From Nitrospirota bacterium (GTDB taxonomy: Bacteria; Nitrospirota; UBA9217), in the NCBI GenBank assembly GCA_963818475.1, contig CAWFSF010000005.1, positions 160,001 to 224,000 on the forward strand: a stretch of DNA of 64,000 nucleotides, in the 5' to 3' direction. The translations under genes and the position numbers were made by a program. Positions 10,925 to 20,322 of this stretch are shown in pieces. The notes under the pieces are model-generated. The model ran no database searches and was not told the DNA's origin. It was given only the letters and a program-made list of their open reading frames with translations. Position 1 is the first letter of the stretch; every line of letters starts with the position of its first letter.

Positions 10925-11070
10925 ACCTTTAGGGTCTCAGTGTCTTGCTGCGGCAGTTGCCTGCTGAAAGCAGCAGCGAGATGAGCGAAACGCTGTGACG
11001 GTGATTTCCAATCAGGGGTGATTTCCAATCAGTTTGATCCCATCTCAATCAGGAAAGGAGGTGAGAACAA

Positions 11071-11457
11071 ATGAATTCAGTAAAGATCATTGCGGCCGTT
11101 ATTGTTGTGCTTTTCGTAGCGTCCTCTCTCGTAATAGCCAAACAGCACAAGCCGGAAGAACGCGGCAAGACCCTATTCAATGATACGAAGCTCGGTACAG
11201 CGGGAAATTCCTGCAATACTTGCCATCCGGATGGCAAAGGCCTTCTTGGCGTCGGTGACAAAAAAGGCTGGAAGACCCCGGGCGGCGAGTTCAAAACGCT
11301 GGAAGAGGCCGTGAACACCTGCATCACTATGGCCCTCAAGGGCACAGCCCTGGATGTCAAATCAGAGCAGATGAAAGATATCGTAGCCTACCTCAAGTCG
11401 CTAAAAGGCTCCGGCGCCGCGGCGCCGGCAAAAAAGAAAGCCCCGGTAGGCTGCTAA
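11071..11457 (+). CDS. Periplasmic monoheme cytochrome c
   Basis: Signal peptide; CNTCH. Confidence 0.85.
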   Translation: MNSVKIIAAVIVVLFVASSLVIAKQHKPEERGKTLFNDTKLGTAGNSCNTCHPDGKGLLGVGDKKGWKTPGGEFKTLEEAVNTCITMALKGTALDVKSEQMKDIVAYLKSLKGSGAAAPAKKKAPVGC

Positions 11458-11545
11458 AGAGCGTTTGGGCAGACTCGACTTCTTGACTTGTTGTTCCCTG
11501 CCCCAACTATCCCGATTATTGCGGCACGTCTCTCAGTGAAATAGC

Positions 11546-11579
11546 AAAGGCCCGGGAATCTCCCGGGCCTTCTTGTTTT
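11546..11579. terminator. Terminator between convergent genes
   Basis: AAGGCCCGGGA-ATC-TCCCGGGCCTT then TCTTGTTTT. Confidence 0.7.
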
Positions 11580-11627
11580 CTACGCTTCCTGTACCTCTGA
11601 GCCGGTCTGGGTCTCGCGACCGTCAGC

Positions 11628-12626
11628 CTAGTGAAGAAAGGCCTTCGGGCTCCTATATTCATGGCAGGTCACACAGACTTTCTTGGCCTGCTCATCCGTT
11701 ACTTTCCAAACATGGGGCTTGTGGCACTCCTTGCACTTCATGCCGGTATCCTTAACATGGGTCTTGTGTTTGCCGACCGTCAGGATATTTTTATGGCACG
11801 AGAGGCAGTTGCCCCAGTCAGGCCGTGCGGATTTGTGCGGCTTGTGGCACTCGTAGCAGTTGAACTGCATGGGCCCGTTTTCCGGCCGGTCGATCTTGAT
11901 CGCACGCTGGATCGTTTTTTCGTCGGGCTGGAAATGGGTGACATCGAGTGTCGCGTCAGCCAGCAGTTCTTTCCGGTATTTTTCTGCGCCATGGCAGTAG
12001 AGGCACTTCTTTATTCCCGGCTTGAGGTCCTTGGTCCTGTCGGTATGGCAATTGAGGCACGCAAGCTTCTCCATCCCTGTTCCGTGCACTTCCCGGTCCT
12101 TGTGGCAGGTCAGACAATACCGTTCCTCAAGGCTGAACTGGTGGGTCCGGTAGCCGTGGCATTTGGTACACTCGATCTTTTCCATAAAGACATGCTTTGC
12201 GTGGTATCTCGAATTGGCTATGCTCGGCGCGTTCGGCTCTTTATCGTTCTTTTCCCAATGGCAGGAAAAGCATGTCTTCCACGGCACGATAACTTCACCG
12301 TGCCGGGGTGAAACCTTGTTGTGACCGAGCACGGCAAAAGCAAAGACCTGTTTCATCTGGTCGGCCTTGGTGGAATGGTGGCACTCATGGCAGTTTACTC
12401 CATGATGTACGCTCTTCGACCATGCAACGTTTGCTTCATCATGCACATGACAGGTGCCGCATGCCTTGGGATTGTTCTCGAAATAATCGTTGATCAGGTA
12501 GGCGGTAACGAGTGACCCTATTGAGAACAGGATCAAGACTACGATGATAATGATCCTGGCCCTGCTTGAAATACCGGTGTTGAACCAATCACTTATTCTT
12601 TTGATAATTGACATTGGACTGAACAT
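11628..12626 (-). CDS. Membrane-anchored multiheme cytochrome c (11 CxxCH; NapC/NirT-like N-terminus)
   Basis: One N-terminal TM helix; 11 CxxCH motifs counted. Confidence 0.9.
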   Translation of the reverse strand: MFSPMSIIKRISDWFNTGISSRARIIIIVVLILFSIGSLVTAYLINDYFENNPKACGTCHVHDEANVAWSKSVHHGVNCHECHHSTKADQMKQVFAFAVLGHNKVSPRHGEVIVPWKTCFSCHWEKNDKEPNAPSIANSRYHAKHVFMEKIECTKCHGYRTHQFSLEERYCLTCHKDREVHGTGMEKLACLNCHTDRTKDLKPGIKKCLYCHGAEKYRKELLADATLDVTHFQPDEKTIQRAIKIDRPENGPMQFNCYECHKPHKSARPDWGNCLSCHKNILTVGKHKTHVKDTGMKCKECHKPHVWKVTDEQAKKVCVTCHEYRSPKAFLH

Positions 12627-12922
12627 GAAAAAAGCCTCCCCCTAAGATCTGCTGAATTTTTTACAGCTGTGCGATTTTTTCGAACTCTGCTTATCGTTCC
12701 ATCTGGAGAAATGCAAAAAGATGTACTTTTGTGACCTAATATTATCTACCTTGGAATAAAATGCAACTAAAATCTTAAATATTTCCTGCCTGCATTTTGC
12801 AACAGTTGTGCGCAAAAGGACATCCGAAGTCTATGCTGTTGTCCTTCAACCCGATTCGTGATATACAGTTATTCTCACCCGGCAGCCGAGGGTGTGATCT
12901 TGCGAGATTCGAGGATCGATCA

Positions 12923-13357
12923 ATGAACGATAAAGACCAGGCAATTGCGTGTTTTAAGCAAGGCTTCAGTTGAACCCAGGCCGTGCTTTCGACGTATGGC
13001 CAACGGTTCGGTCTGGACCGCGAAACGGGATTACGCATAGCAGGAGCATTTGGCGCGGGCATGGCACGGACGGGAGAAACCTGCGGGGCAGTGACCGGCG
13101 CGCTCATGGTCATCGGGCTCAAGCACGCCAAGACGCGTCCCGACGACGATGATTCCCGTGAACTGTCCTACGCCCTGGCGCAGGAGTTCATGGACGCGTT
13201 CAGGGAGAGGAACAAGTCGCTTTTGTGCCGCGAGCTTCTGAGCGTTGACGTGAGCACGCCGGAAGGCATGGCTGTGGTGCGCGAGAAGAACCTCTTCGCA
13301 GCGATCTGCCCACGGTTCGTGCAGGAATCGGCGGAGCTGCTTGAAAAACTGTTGTAG
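12923..13357 (+). CDS. C-GCAxxG-C-C family (seleno)protein, probable Sec at TGA 12971-12973
   Basis: MNDKDQAIACFKQGFS-U-TQAVL...AFGAGMARTGETCGAVTGA...LLCRELL...ICPRFV; TGA at the family's first conserved Cys; hairpin downstream. Confidence 0.85.
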
Positions 13358-13458
13358 CTTCTTTTCTGACGGTGCTTCAAGATCAAGAGCGCCTTCGCAG
13401 GCGCTCTCGCGCGGCTGGCTGATTTCCTGTTTCCCCAAAAAGTATTCAGCTCCCTGTC

Positions 13459-13836
13459 CTAGGCTGGCTTGAGCAGCCGATTGACCGTGTTCAGGAGGTC
13501 CCCGGTCTTGACCGGCTTCGATACATAGGCGTTTGCGCCGACCGCCATCCCCGCCTTCCGGTCATCCTCGGCGCCTTCGGTCGTGATCACGATGATCGGC
13601 AAATCCTTGTACTTCGGATCGTTCCGCATCATCGAGACCAGCTTGAGGCCGTCCATGATCGGCATGTTGATGTCCGTCAGGACCAGGGAAAATTCCTGAA
13701 CCGAAAGCTTCTTGAGGGCATCGACGCCGTCGTTCGCTTCGACGATCTTGCTTCCCGGGATCCGCTTTAGGGAGAAGGAGATAAGCTGGCGCATCGTGGG
13801 TGAATCATCAACAACGAGAAACGTGTAATCGGGCAT
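13459..13836 (-). CDS. Single-domain response regulator (CheY-like)
   Basis: LVVDDSPTMR, TDINMP, KP motifs. Confidence 0.9.
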   Translation of the reverse strand: MPDYTFLVVDDSPTMRQLISFSLKRIPGSKIVEANDGVDALKKLSVQEFSLVLTDINMPIMDGLKLVSMMRNDPKYKDLPIIVITTEGAEDDRKAGMAVGANAYVSKPVKTGDLLNTVNRLLKPA

Positions 13837-14310
13837 TTCCGGTCCTCTCTTTATTGCAATGCTATTGACACAATTACTGCGCCCACTCCAGCCGTAGAGA
13901 GCGGGAGAAACACCCTCACAATGCTGCACAAAGCGCAGGTTGCAACTTTTCTGTTTTGTATTGCCCCGCGGAGTCCGAGGACAGGCGGAATGAAATGGTC
14001 ACTGCTCTAATGATTAAAGCAGTGTCGTGTATGAATTGGTTGATTATAGGGATATGCACTCTTTTGTCAAGGCTGCTGATGGGGTAATGAGGACCGGGGC
14101 TCGTGCAGGGTTCTGGGGGACTTTGGGGACAAGCGTGTTGCAGGGGACAACTGAGCGTTGTTTTTATCATTTTCAGGGTCTACGCGCCGGGGCGTAGAAT
14201 TGTCGCCGAACATCGCAAGATCAAAAAGAAGGAAGTCCATTGCCACAAAATATCGTTTTATGATACTCTTGAAAGGAGACGTTAGGGATAACGGAAGGAG
14301 AGGATGAGCC

Positions 14311-14598
14311 ATGGCAGACCGTGACATCATGCAGGAGATCGAGGAGTTGAAAAAACAGCTGCAGGCACTCCAGGCAGCCAAAGGCCGGGCAGGCGCGCAG
14401 GCATCCTCGGAGGAGCCGGAACAGAAACTGCGGGAAGAGACCGGAGAGGCGGGAACCTGGCTCCGGGACTTGATCAAGCAGGCCGAGGAACTGATGGGCG
14501 GTCTCGACCTTCAGTTCAAGGACGTGCCGGCCAAGACAGCACTCGTGATTTTTTCGCTCGGTGTCCTGATGGGTCGGCTGCTCAGCCGCAGGGGGTAG
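14311..14598 (+). CDS. Hypothetical protein with C-terminal membrane anchor
   Basis: Coiled-coil N-terminus, hydrophobic C-terminal tail, RBS. Confidence 0.7.
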   Translation: MADRDIMQEIEELKKQLQALQAAKGRAGAQASSEEPEQKLREETGEAGTWLRDLIKQAEELMGGLDLQFKDVPAKTALVIFSLGVLMGRLLSRRG

Positions 14599-14602
14599 AA
14601 GT

Positions 14603-15091
14603 ATGGATGAGTTTCTGATAAAGATGCGCCTCTTGCTGAAGGCGGAGATGATCCTGTTCCGCCTCCAACTGCGCCGCACCGTTCAGCAGGCCGCGTTCTA
14701 CATCGCCGCCGCTCTTCTGGCCGTTCTGGCCGCGGGGATGCTGAATATCGCCCTCTATCTGTATCTCGCACCGCGTCTTGATAATGCAGGTGCTGCTCTC
14801 GCGGTTGCCATAGTCGATATCGTGCTGGCCGTGGCGGCGGTCGTTGTTGCCGGCCGTCTGCACCTTGGCCCCGAAGTTGATGCCGTGAAGGCCCTGCGCG
14901 AGGCCGCGCTGGCGGAGCTTACTGCTGATGCGGAGCGTGTAAAGACCCAGATCGCAGACCTGCACGACGATATCAAGGGGATTCGTACCGCAGTGAACGG
15001 CTTTCTGGGCTTTGGCGGCGTCGATCTTACCTCGTTGTTCCAGTGGGTGCCGGTGTTGCTCCGCGTCCTGTCGCGGCGAAAGGAACCGTGA
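14603..15091 (+). CDS. YqjE/phage-holin-family-like membrane protein
   Basis: Two TM helices then a coiled coil; follows the previous gene closely. Confidence 0.65.
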   Translation: MDEFLIKMRLLLKAEMILFRLQLRRTVQQAAFYIAAALLAVLAAGMLNIALYLYLAPRLDNAGAALAVAIVDIVLAVAAVVVAGRLHLGPEVDAVKALREAALAELTADAERVKTQIADLHDDIKGIRTAVNGFLGFGGVDLTSLFQWVPVLLRVLSRRKEP

Positions 15092-15110
15092 TTTCTCTGC
15101 TTGCTTTCCC

Positions 15111-16385
15111 TTACCTAAAAAACATCGAGGCGCTCAATCCCAGTCCGTAGGCAACGCTCGTAAAGGCGTCGCGGTGCTGCATCTTTTCCGGGCCGAACCG
15201 CTGCACGAACAGGTCCTTGACGCAGGGGATATGGGATGTTCCTCCGGTGGTAAAAACAACGTCAATGTCCTCGGGCGTCAGGCCGGCCTTCTGCACCGTC
15301 TCGTCGATGCACGCCGCGATCTTCGCGGTATGGCCCTGGATGGCCGCTTCGAATTCCTTCCGATCAACAGGCTCTTTGATCTCCAGGCCCTGCTCCCGGA
15401 AAAATATCATCGACTTCTCATAGGAAGACAGTTCGATCTTGGCTTTTTCGAGCGCCTGGAAAAGCAGGAACCCGTTATTGTCCTCGATCAGGTTTTCGAG
15501 GTTCGTGATGGCAGCGGGGTCGTCAGCCGTCATTTTTATGCGGCTGGAGGGCCTCCCTGACGCTGTTCGTCCGGAGCTGCGGGATCAGGTGCCAGTTGAT
15601 CAGCTTGAACGTGATGGGGCTCGGCATGTCCAGCGTCTGGCCGGTCATGCTTTTATACCGCACTTCCTTGCCGAAGTATTTGGCAACCTTCTCCCACATG
15701 AGCCGGGAATCAAAGGCATCGCCCGCGATGGTAGACCCCGCCCAGGGAGAGCACGTCCTTTATCCGGTCCGGCTGTCCGGACTTGCCTCCCGTCAGCTTG
15801 ATGACCGTAAAATCAGAGGTGCCTCCGCCGAAGTCGCCGATAAGGACGATCTTTTCCGCGCCTTTTTGCCAGGCTGTTCTCGAACGTCAAGGCGGCGGCA
15901 ACCGGCTCCATCTGAAACGCCACGTGTTTGAAGCCGGCGATCTCGGCGGCCCTTTTCAGCCTGCCTTCCGCCAGAATGTCCTTGTTCCTGTCCTCGGAAA
16001 AGACAACAGGCCTTCCCATGACCACATCCGGCACTTCGTGGCCCACGAATTCTTCTCCCCGTTGTTTGACGGTCTTCAGGATCAGGGCGATCATATCTTC
16101 CAGTTCGTACCGTTTCCCGTTGATGTATGTGTATTCAAAGGCCGCGCTCGGCAGAAAGGTCTTGATCGACTGCATGAATCTTCCCTGACCGCCCTGTTCT
16201 ATGTACTGCAGGATGGCTTCCTGGCCCAGATAAAAGCCGTTTTCCCGGTCCACAAAGATCACGGACCGCATGGTCTTTTCCGTAAGGTTGTGCGGATCGA
16301 TATCGATCACTTCCGTGCTGCCCTGGGAATTTACGGAAAGTGCTGAGTTGGTAGTTCCAAAATCCAGTCCAAAAACCGTGCGCAT
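15111..16385 (-). CDS. Hsp70-family protein (YegD-like), frameshifted
   Basis: GLDFGTTNSA, EPVAAAL, VFTTGGTSHIP...FTSVAYGL spread over several frames. Confidence 0.85.
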
Positions 16386-16542
16386 ATAATCATTCCTTAT
16401 GCCGAAGCTGCATTGATCCGAAGCCCCAAAATACTCATTTCGTGAGTGCCTGTCCAGATAAAAAACTTTGAACCTCTTACATAATCACCCTGCGTTAGAA
16501 TACCTTTGTATCATCAGGCCGTGCCCCTGATCCCCCACTTTA

Positions 16543-16571
16543 TTGACAACACAACTTTCCCATGCTACGTT
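16543..16571 (+). promoter_or_regulatory. Sigma70-like promoter
   Basis: TTGACA-N17-TACGTT with TG extension, upstream of the HiPIP gene. Confidence 0.4.
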
Positions 16572-16687
16572 TTTTTCATGTACAGATGGTAATTTCGCCG
16601 CAGCCGTAGCGGAGTTAGTAGCTCGATCCGATGAGGTCAATGACTCTGGAGATGACTGGAAATAACTAAAGAAGGAGGAAACACAAA

Positions 16688-16969
16688 ATGAACGAAGACC
16701 TGGACAAAATGATTTCTCGCCGCACACTGCTTAAAGGCGCTGCTGCAGTAACAGGCGTCGCACTCGTATCTGCTTTCGCCGGCGCACAAGCTGCAAAGTC
16801 GACCAAAGCCGTAGCGAAGTACCAAAACAAACCGAATGGCGATCAGAAATGCAGCAATTGCAGCCTCTTCATCCCCGGCAAGACGCCAACAGCCGATGGC
16901 ACCTGTCAGGTAGTGGAGGGTTCGATCAGTCCAGAGGCCTACTGTGCCTTGTATGTCAAGAAATCCTAG
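16688..16969 (+). CDS. High-potential iron-sulfur protein (HiPIP), Tat-exported
   Basis: SRRTLLK twin-arginine motif; CSNC...C...C four-Cys pattern. Confidence 0.9.
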   Translation: MNEDLDKMISRRTLLKGAAAVTGVALVSAFAGAQAAKSTKAVAKYQNKPNGDQKCSNCSLFIPGKTPTADGTCQVVEGSISPEAYCALYVKKS

Positions 16970-17189
16970 CCGGTAGGTTGGGCAAAACGTCTCGCCTTGT
17001 CCAGCAAAATTCACAGAATCATAGAACGCGAGGATGACGTTGTTTCATGCGTTGCGTGGCGTCTCACCCCTTCCATTTCTTCAGATTGCGAACATACCTC
17101 ATCCTGGTAAAAGCGAATAGGATGAAAAGCGGACTACGCTGCCGCCTGCAGTTCCAGGGATTCTGCCATTGCCGTACAGGAGGATTGCC

Positions 17190-18557
17190 ATGGACATGTC
17201 ACGACGCGAAGTATTGAAACTTTTCGCTCTGGCCACGGCCGCAGCCGCAGCCGACCCCCGGTTCATCTGGGCGGAGACATCCGGAGCAGACATCGAACCG
17301 CTTGACCGCGTGTTCATCGCGAACGAGGACTCGAACACCATAAGCGTGATCGATCCGCGGAGCAACACGGTCGATACGACGATCAATCTCACCAGTTTCG
17401 ACGAGGACCCGCGGCCGCCCTTCCGGTTCGTCACCGGCGGGGTCCAGCCCACTCACGCCGCCATGATCCACAAACCGCTGTATCACGGCTGCATCGACGC
17501 ACACGGCGTCGTGCCTTCACCCGACGGCAGAATGCTTGCCACGAGCGGCCGGGGGAGCAGCAACGTGTATTTGATCGACACGCTCGCCAAAAAGGTGATC
17601 GGCAACGCGCCTAATCCGCTCGGGGGCGCGTCCACGAACCCGGAGCGCATCTCGAGCGGCATCCTCGTCGGCCGGGAACCCCATGAGCCGACGTTCACGC
17701 GGAATGGGAAGGAGTTGTGGGTCACTGTTCGCGGCGAGGACCGGATCGCGATTCTGACGACCGACGCGGCAGTAAAACAGGCAGGGGGCGCGGCCGCCGG
17801 AGCGGTGCGCGAATACCTGCCGACCATCAACGGTCCGGCACAGGTATGGTTTTCCGCGGACGGCGGCCTGGCCTTTGTGGTGAGCCAGAAGGTGCCGAAG
17901 GTGGATGTGTTCTCGGTCTATGTTGATGAGAAAGGCTTTTCGCGGCCGAAGAGGCTGACGACCCTCGACATCGAAAGCCGGGACAAGGCGGGCTTTACGC
18001 CGTTCCAGAAGACGACGCCCGACGGCAGAGAGAACTGGCTTTCGCACAAGCTCGCGGATGCGGTCTCGGTCATAGAAACGAAAGGGCCCTTCCGGGTCCT
18101 TCAGACGATCCCGCTCGGCGACAAGGCAAGACCGAACCACCTGGAGTTCGTGGAGAACAAAAAGGGCAAGGCCGTCTACGTGAGTCTGGCCCGGGTGGAC
18201 GACGGCGGTCCGGGCGGAGCGGCATCGAGCCAGATCGCGATCATTGACCGTTCCGTGGCCCCGGATAAGAGGAAGGTGATTTCCACGTTCTTCACGCACG
18301 GCCGGGAGGCCCATGGGCTCTGGACGAACCCCGCCGGAAACCTGCTCTATGTCGCGCATGAGCAGGATGAACTGCCCGGCACCGCCAACGAGGGGCAGAC
18401 CGTGTGCGCGGCCTTTGACGTGACCAATCCGTTCAAGCCTTCATTCATCGCCCAGATTCCGCTCGGCTCCCTGAAGCTCCCTTCGGGAGAATTGAGAAAC
18501 AAAAAGAGCATCAACCTGGTCTACGTGCGGCCCGGGACAAAGGGGCAGACGGGGTAA
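17190..18557 (+). CDS. Tat-exported YncE/YVTN-type beta-propeller protein
   Basis: SRREVLK; FIANEDSNTISVID and VGREPHE repeats. Confidence 0.85.
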   Translation: MDMSRREVLKLFALATAAAAADPRFIWAETSGADIEPLDRVFIANEDSNTISVIDPRSNTVDTTINLTSFDEDPRPPFRFVTGGVQPTHAAMIHKPLYHGCIDAHGVVPSPDGRMLATSGRGSSNVYLIDTLAKKVIGNAPNPLGGASTNPERISSGILVGREPHEPTFTRNGKELWVTVRGEDRIAILTTDAAVKQAGGAAAGAVREYLPTINGPAQVWFSADGGLAFVVSQKVPKVDVFSVYVDEKGFSRPKRLTTLDIESRDKAGFTPFQKTTPDGRENWLSHKLADAVSVIETKGPFRVLQTIPLGDKARPNHLEFVENKKGKAVYVSLARVDDGGPGGAASSQIAIIDRSVAPDKRKVISTFFTHGREAHGLWTNPAGNLLYVAHEQDELPGTANEGQTVCAAFDVTNPFKPSFIAQIPLGSLKLPSGELRNKKSINLVYVRPGTKGQTG

Positions 18558-18614
18558 CATGGCGCGGAAACCGCAGAACAGAGCCGATTTCGCGAATGCC
18601 GAAAGGAGCTGTTC

Positions 18615-19049
18615 ATGATACGTTTTCTCTATGCTACCCGGACGGCATGCGCCCTTGCGGTTTTATTCGTTTTTGCACTACCCGCCTTTGCGGAGGAGCA
18701 TCGGCATGAGAACTCCGCGTCAGCAAACGCGTTCGGCAAATCCATGCATGAGGGAATGGATACGATGATGCGGGACATGGAGGGAGCGTCGATGACCGGA
18801 GACCCGGACCAGGACTTCCTGGCCATGATGATCCCGCATCATGAGGGCGCCGTGGAAATGGCCCGGCTGGTCCTCATCCACGGCCGGGACCCGCTCGTGC
18901 GTCAGTTGGCCGAGGAGATCATTGCCTCCCAGACTGCCGAGATCGGAGCCATGCGGAAGAGGCTGGCGGTCCTTCGGATCAAGCCTGATCCGGAGCCCGG
19001 CGGCTTTCCCGCCCTGAGGGGGACTCGCGGACCGGCAAAAACCGAATAG
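18615..19049 (+). CDS. DUF305 (CopM-like) Met/His-rich periplasmic protein
   Basis: DQDFLAMMIPHHEGAVEMA...IIASQTAEI. Confidence 0.9.
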   Translation: MIRFLYATRTACALAVLFVFALPAFAEEHRHENSASANAFGKSMHEGMDTMMRDMEGASMTGDPDQDFLAMMIPHHEGAVEMARLVLIHGRDPLVRQLAEEIIASQTAEIGAMRKRLAVLRIKPDPEPGGFPALRGTRGPAKTE

Positions 19050-19143
19050 CGGGGATGAACGTTACATACCGGCTACTTGACATCGATGCATTTAGTGCTT
19101 TCCATTCACTGGTACAACCGCAAGTTCTGCCCCCCACGACGGG

Positions 19144-19256
19144 ACATTGGGGACATCCTATGAAGTGCGTCTTCAAGAAAAACCGTCAGTTATCGTATTG
19201 GAATTTCAGCGAAAGCAAGTTGCACTTGACAAGGGGGTATAGGATGTCCCCAATGT
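19144..19256. mobile_element. 113-bp REPIN/MITE-like element with perfect 18-bp terminal inverted repeats
   Basis: ACATTGGGGACATCCTAT ... ATAGGATGTCCCCAATGT; near-identical copy at 27840-27936. Confidence 0.75.
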
Positions 19257-19320
19257 TTCCCCTAAATGATCGTTGTGATAGTAACAAGTATTTCATTCCG
19301 CTATCTTCATTAGAGGCTGA

Positions 19321-20253
19321 CTATTCGCGTATCGAATTCCCGAAATCTGGCATCTTCCCTTCATTGATATCTTTTATCCACTTATCAATTTTCCCATCAT
19401 CATACTCCCAGAAGCTTTTGCAGCCAATTAAAAACTCTATAACCGGTTTTTTATAGCCCTCTTTCAGTAAATCTCTCGCAAGAGACATATCAGGCCCAAA
19501 TGTAGCCAGAGTGGCAGAACCTGGGGTTCTCACTGCTTCCAATAGCTCATGAATAGCTTTCTCGGGCCTACCGTCGTTAAGCGCCAATTTTCCTAGCACA
19601 ACGTGACCATCATAGATGGCATTGCCATAGATCGGATCGTCTTTATATCTAGCGGCTATTGTTAATAGTTCTTTCGCATATTTTCCAGCCTCGTCATAAC
19701 GCTTAGACTTGAAACTTATCTTAGCTGCTCGACCTAATACATCGAATCTATCACTCTCTGTCTTTGCTTTATTTAATGCTATCTGTGATTTCTCAAAGTC
19801 GCTTAAGTTTGAGTATGAAATGTTAACGTAGGCCCAATAAGAAATGCCTATTACTACAAGTGCCACTGCAATTAAAAAGAATCTGTTTGGAGCTAAACGA
19901 CTTCTATCCTTGCTGACCTTATAATCGACACCCCACCCAATAGCAGCATATTGAATTGACCCCAATATGGCGAATAAAACAATATATAATGCCATACTGT
20001 CAGGCGCGAGAATCTGTATTAGTAAAGAAACCGGCAAATCGACAGTTTCGACAGGAATCCAAAACAGTTGGTGCTGCGCAACCATTGGCCCCGTGGTATA
20101 AATAATGGACATAATGATAATGAAAAGCAAATGTCCAATGCCGAACGATATTGAATAAAATTTGAAACCCAGTCGTTTTGTAGCGAAAGCTACCAAAACA
20201 ATTGAAGTTGCTAATCCAAGAACCGTATGTAAAAGGCTTAAATTTAACAACAT
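19321..20253 (-). CDS. Membrane protein with TPR-like C-terminus; putative immunity protein
   Basis: About four TM helices; directly downstream of the Rhs-PLA2 module; low GC. Confidence 0.65.
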   Translation of the reverse strand: MLLNLSLLHTVLGLATSIVLVAFATKRLGFKFYSISFGIGHLLFIIIMSIIYTTGPMVAQHQLFWIPVETVDLPVSLLIQILAPDSMALYIVLFAILGSIQYAAIGWGVDYKVSKDRSRLAPNRFFLIAVALVVIGISYWAYVNISYSNLSDFEKSQIALNKAKTESDRFDVLGRAAKISFKSKRYDEAGKYAKELLTIAARYKDDPIYGNAIYDGHVVLGKLALNDGRPEKAIHELLEAVRTPGSATLATFGPDMSLARDLLKEGYKKPVIEFLIGCKSFWEYDDGKIDKWIKDINEGKMPDFGNSIRE

Positions 20254-20322
20254 AATATAAAAACCCTCATAGATGCTTCATGTTGACTATTTTCTATTGA
20301 AGTACATTACAATTATCAGTTT

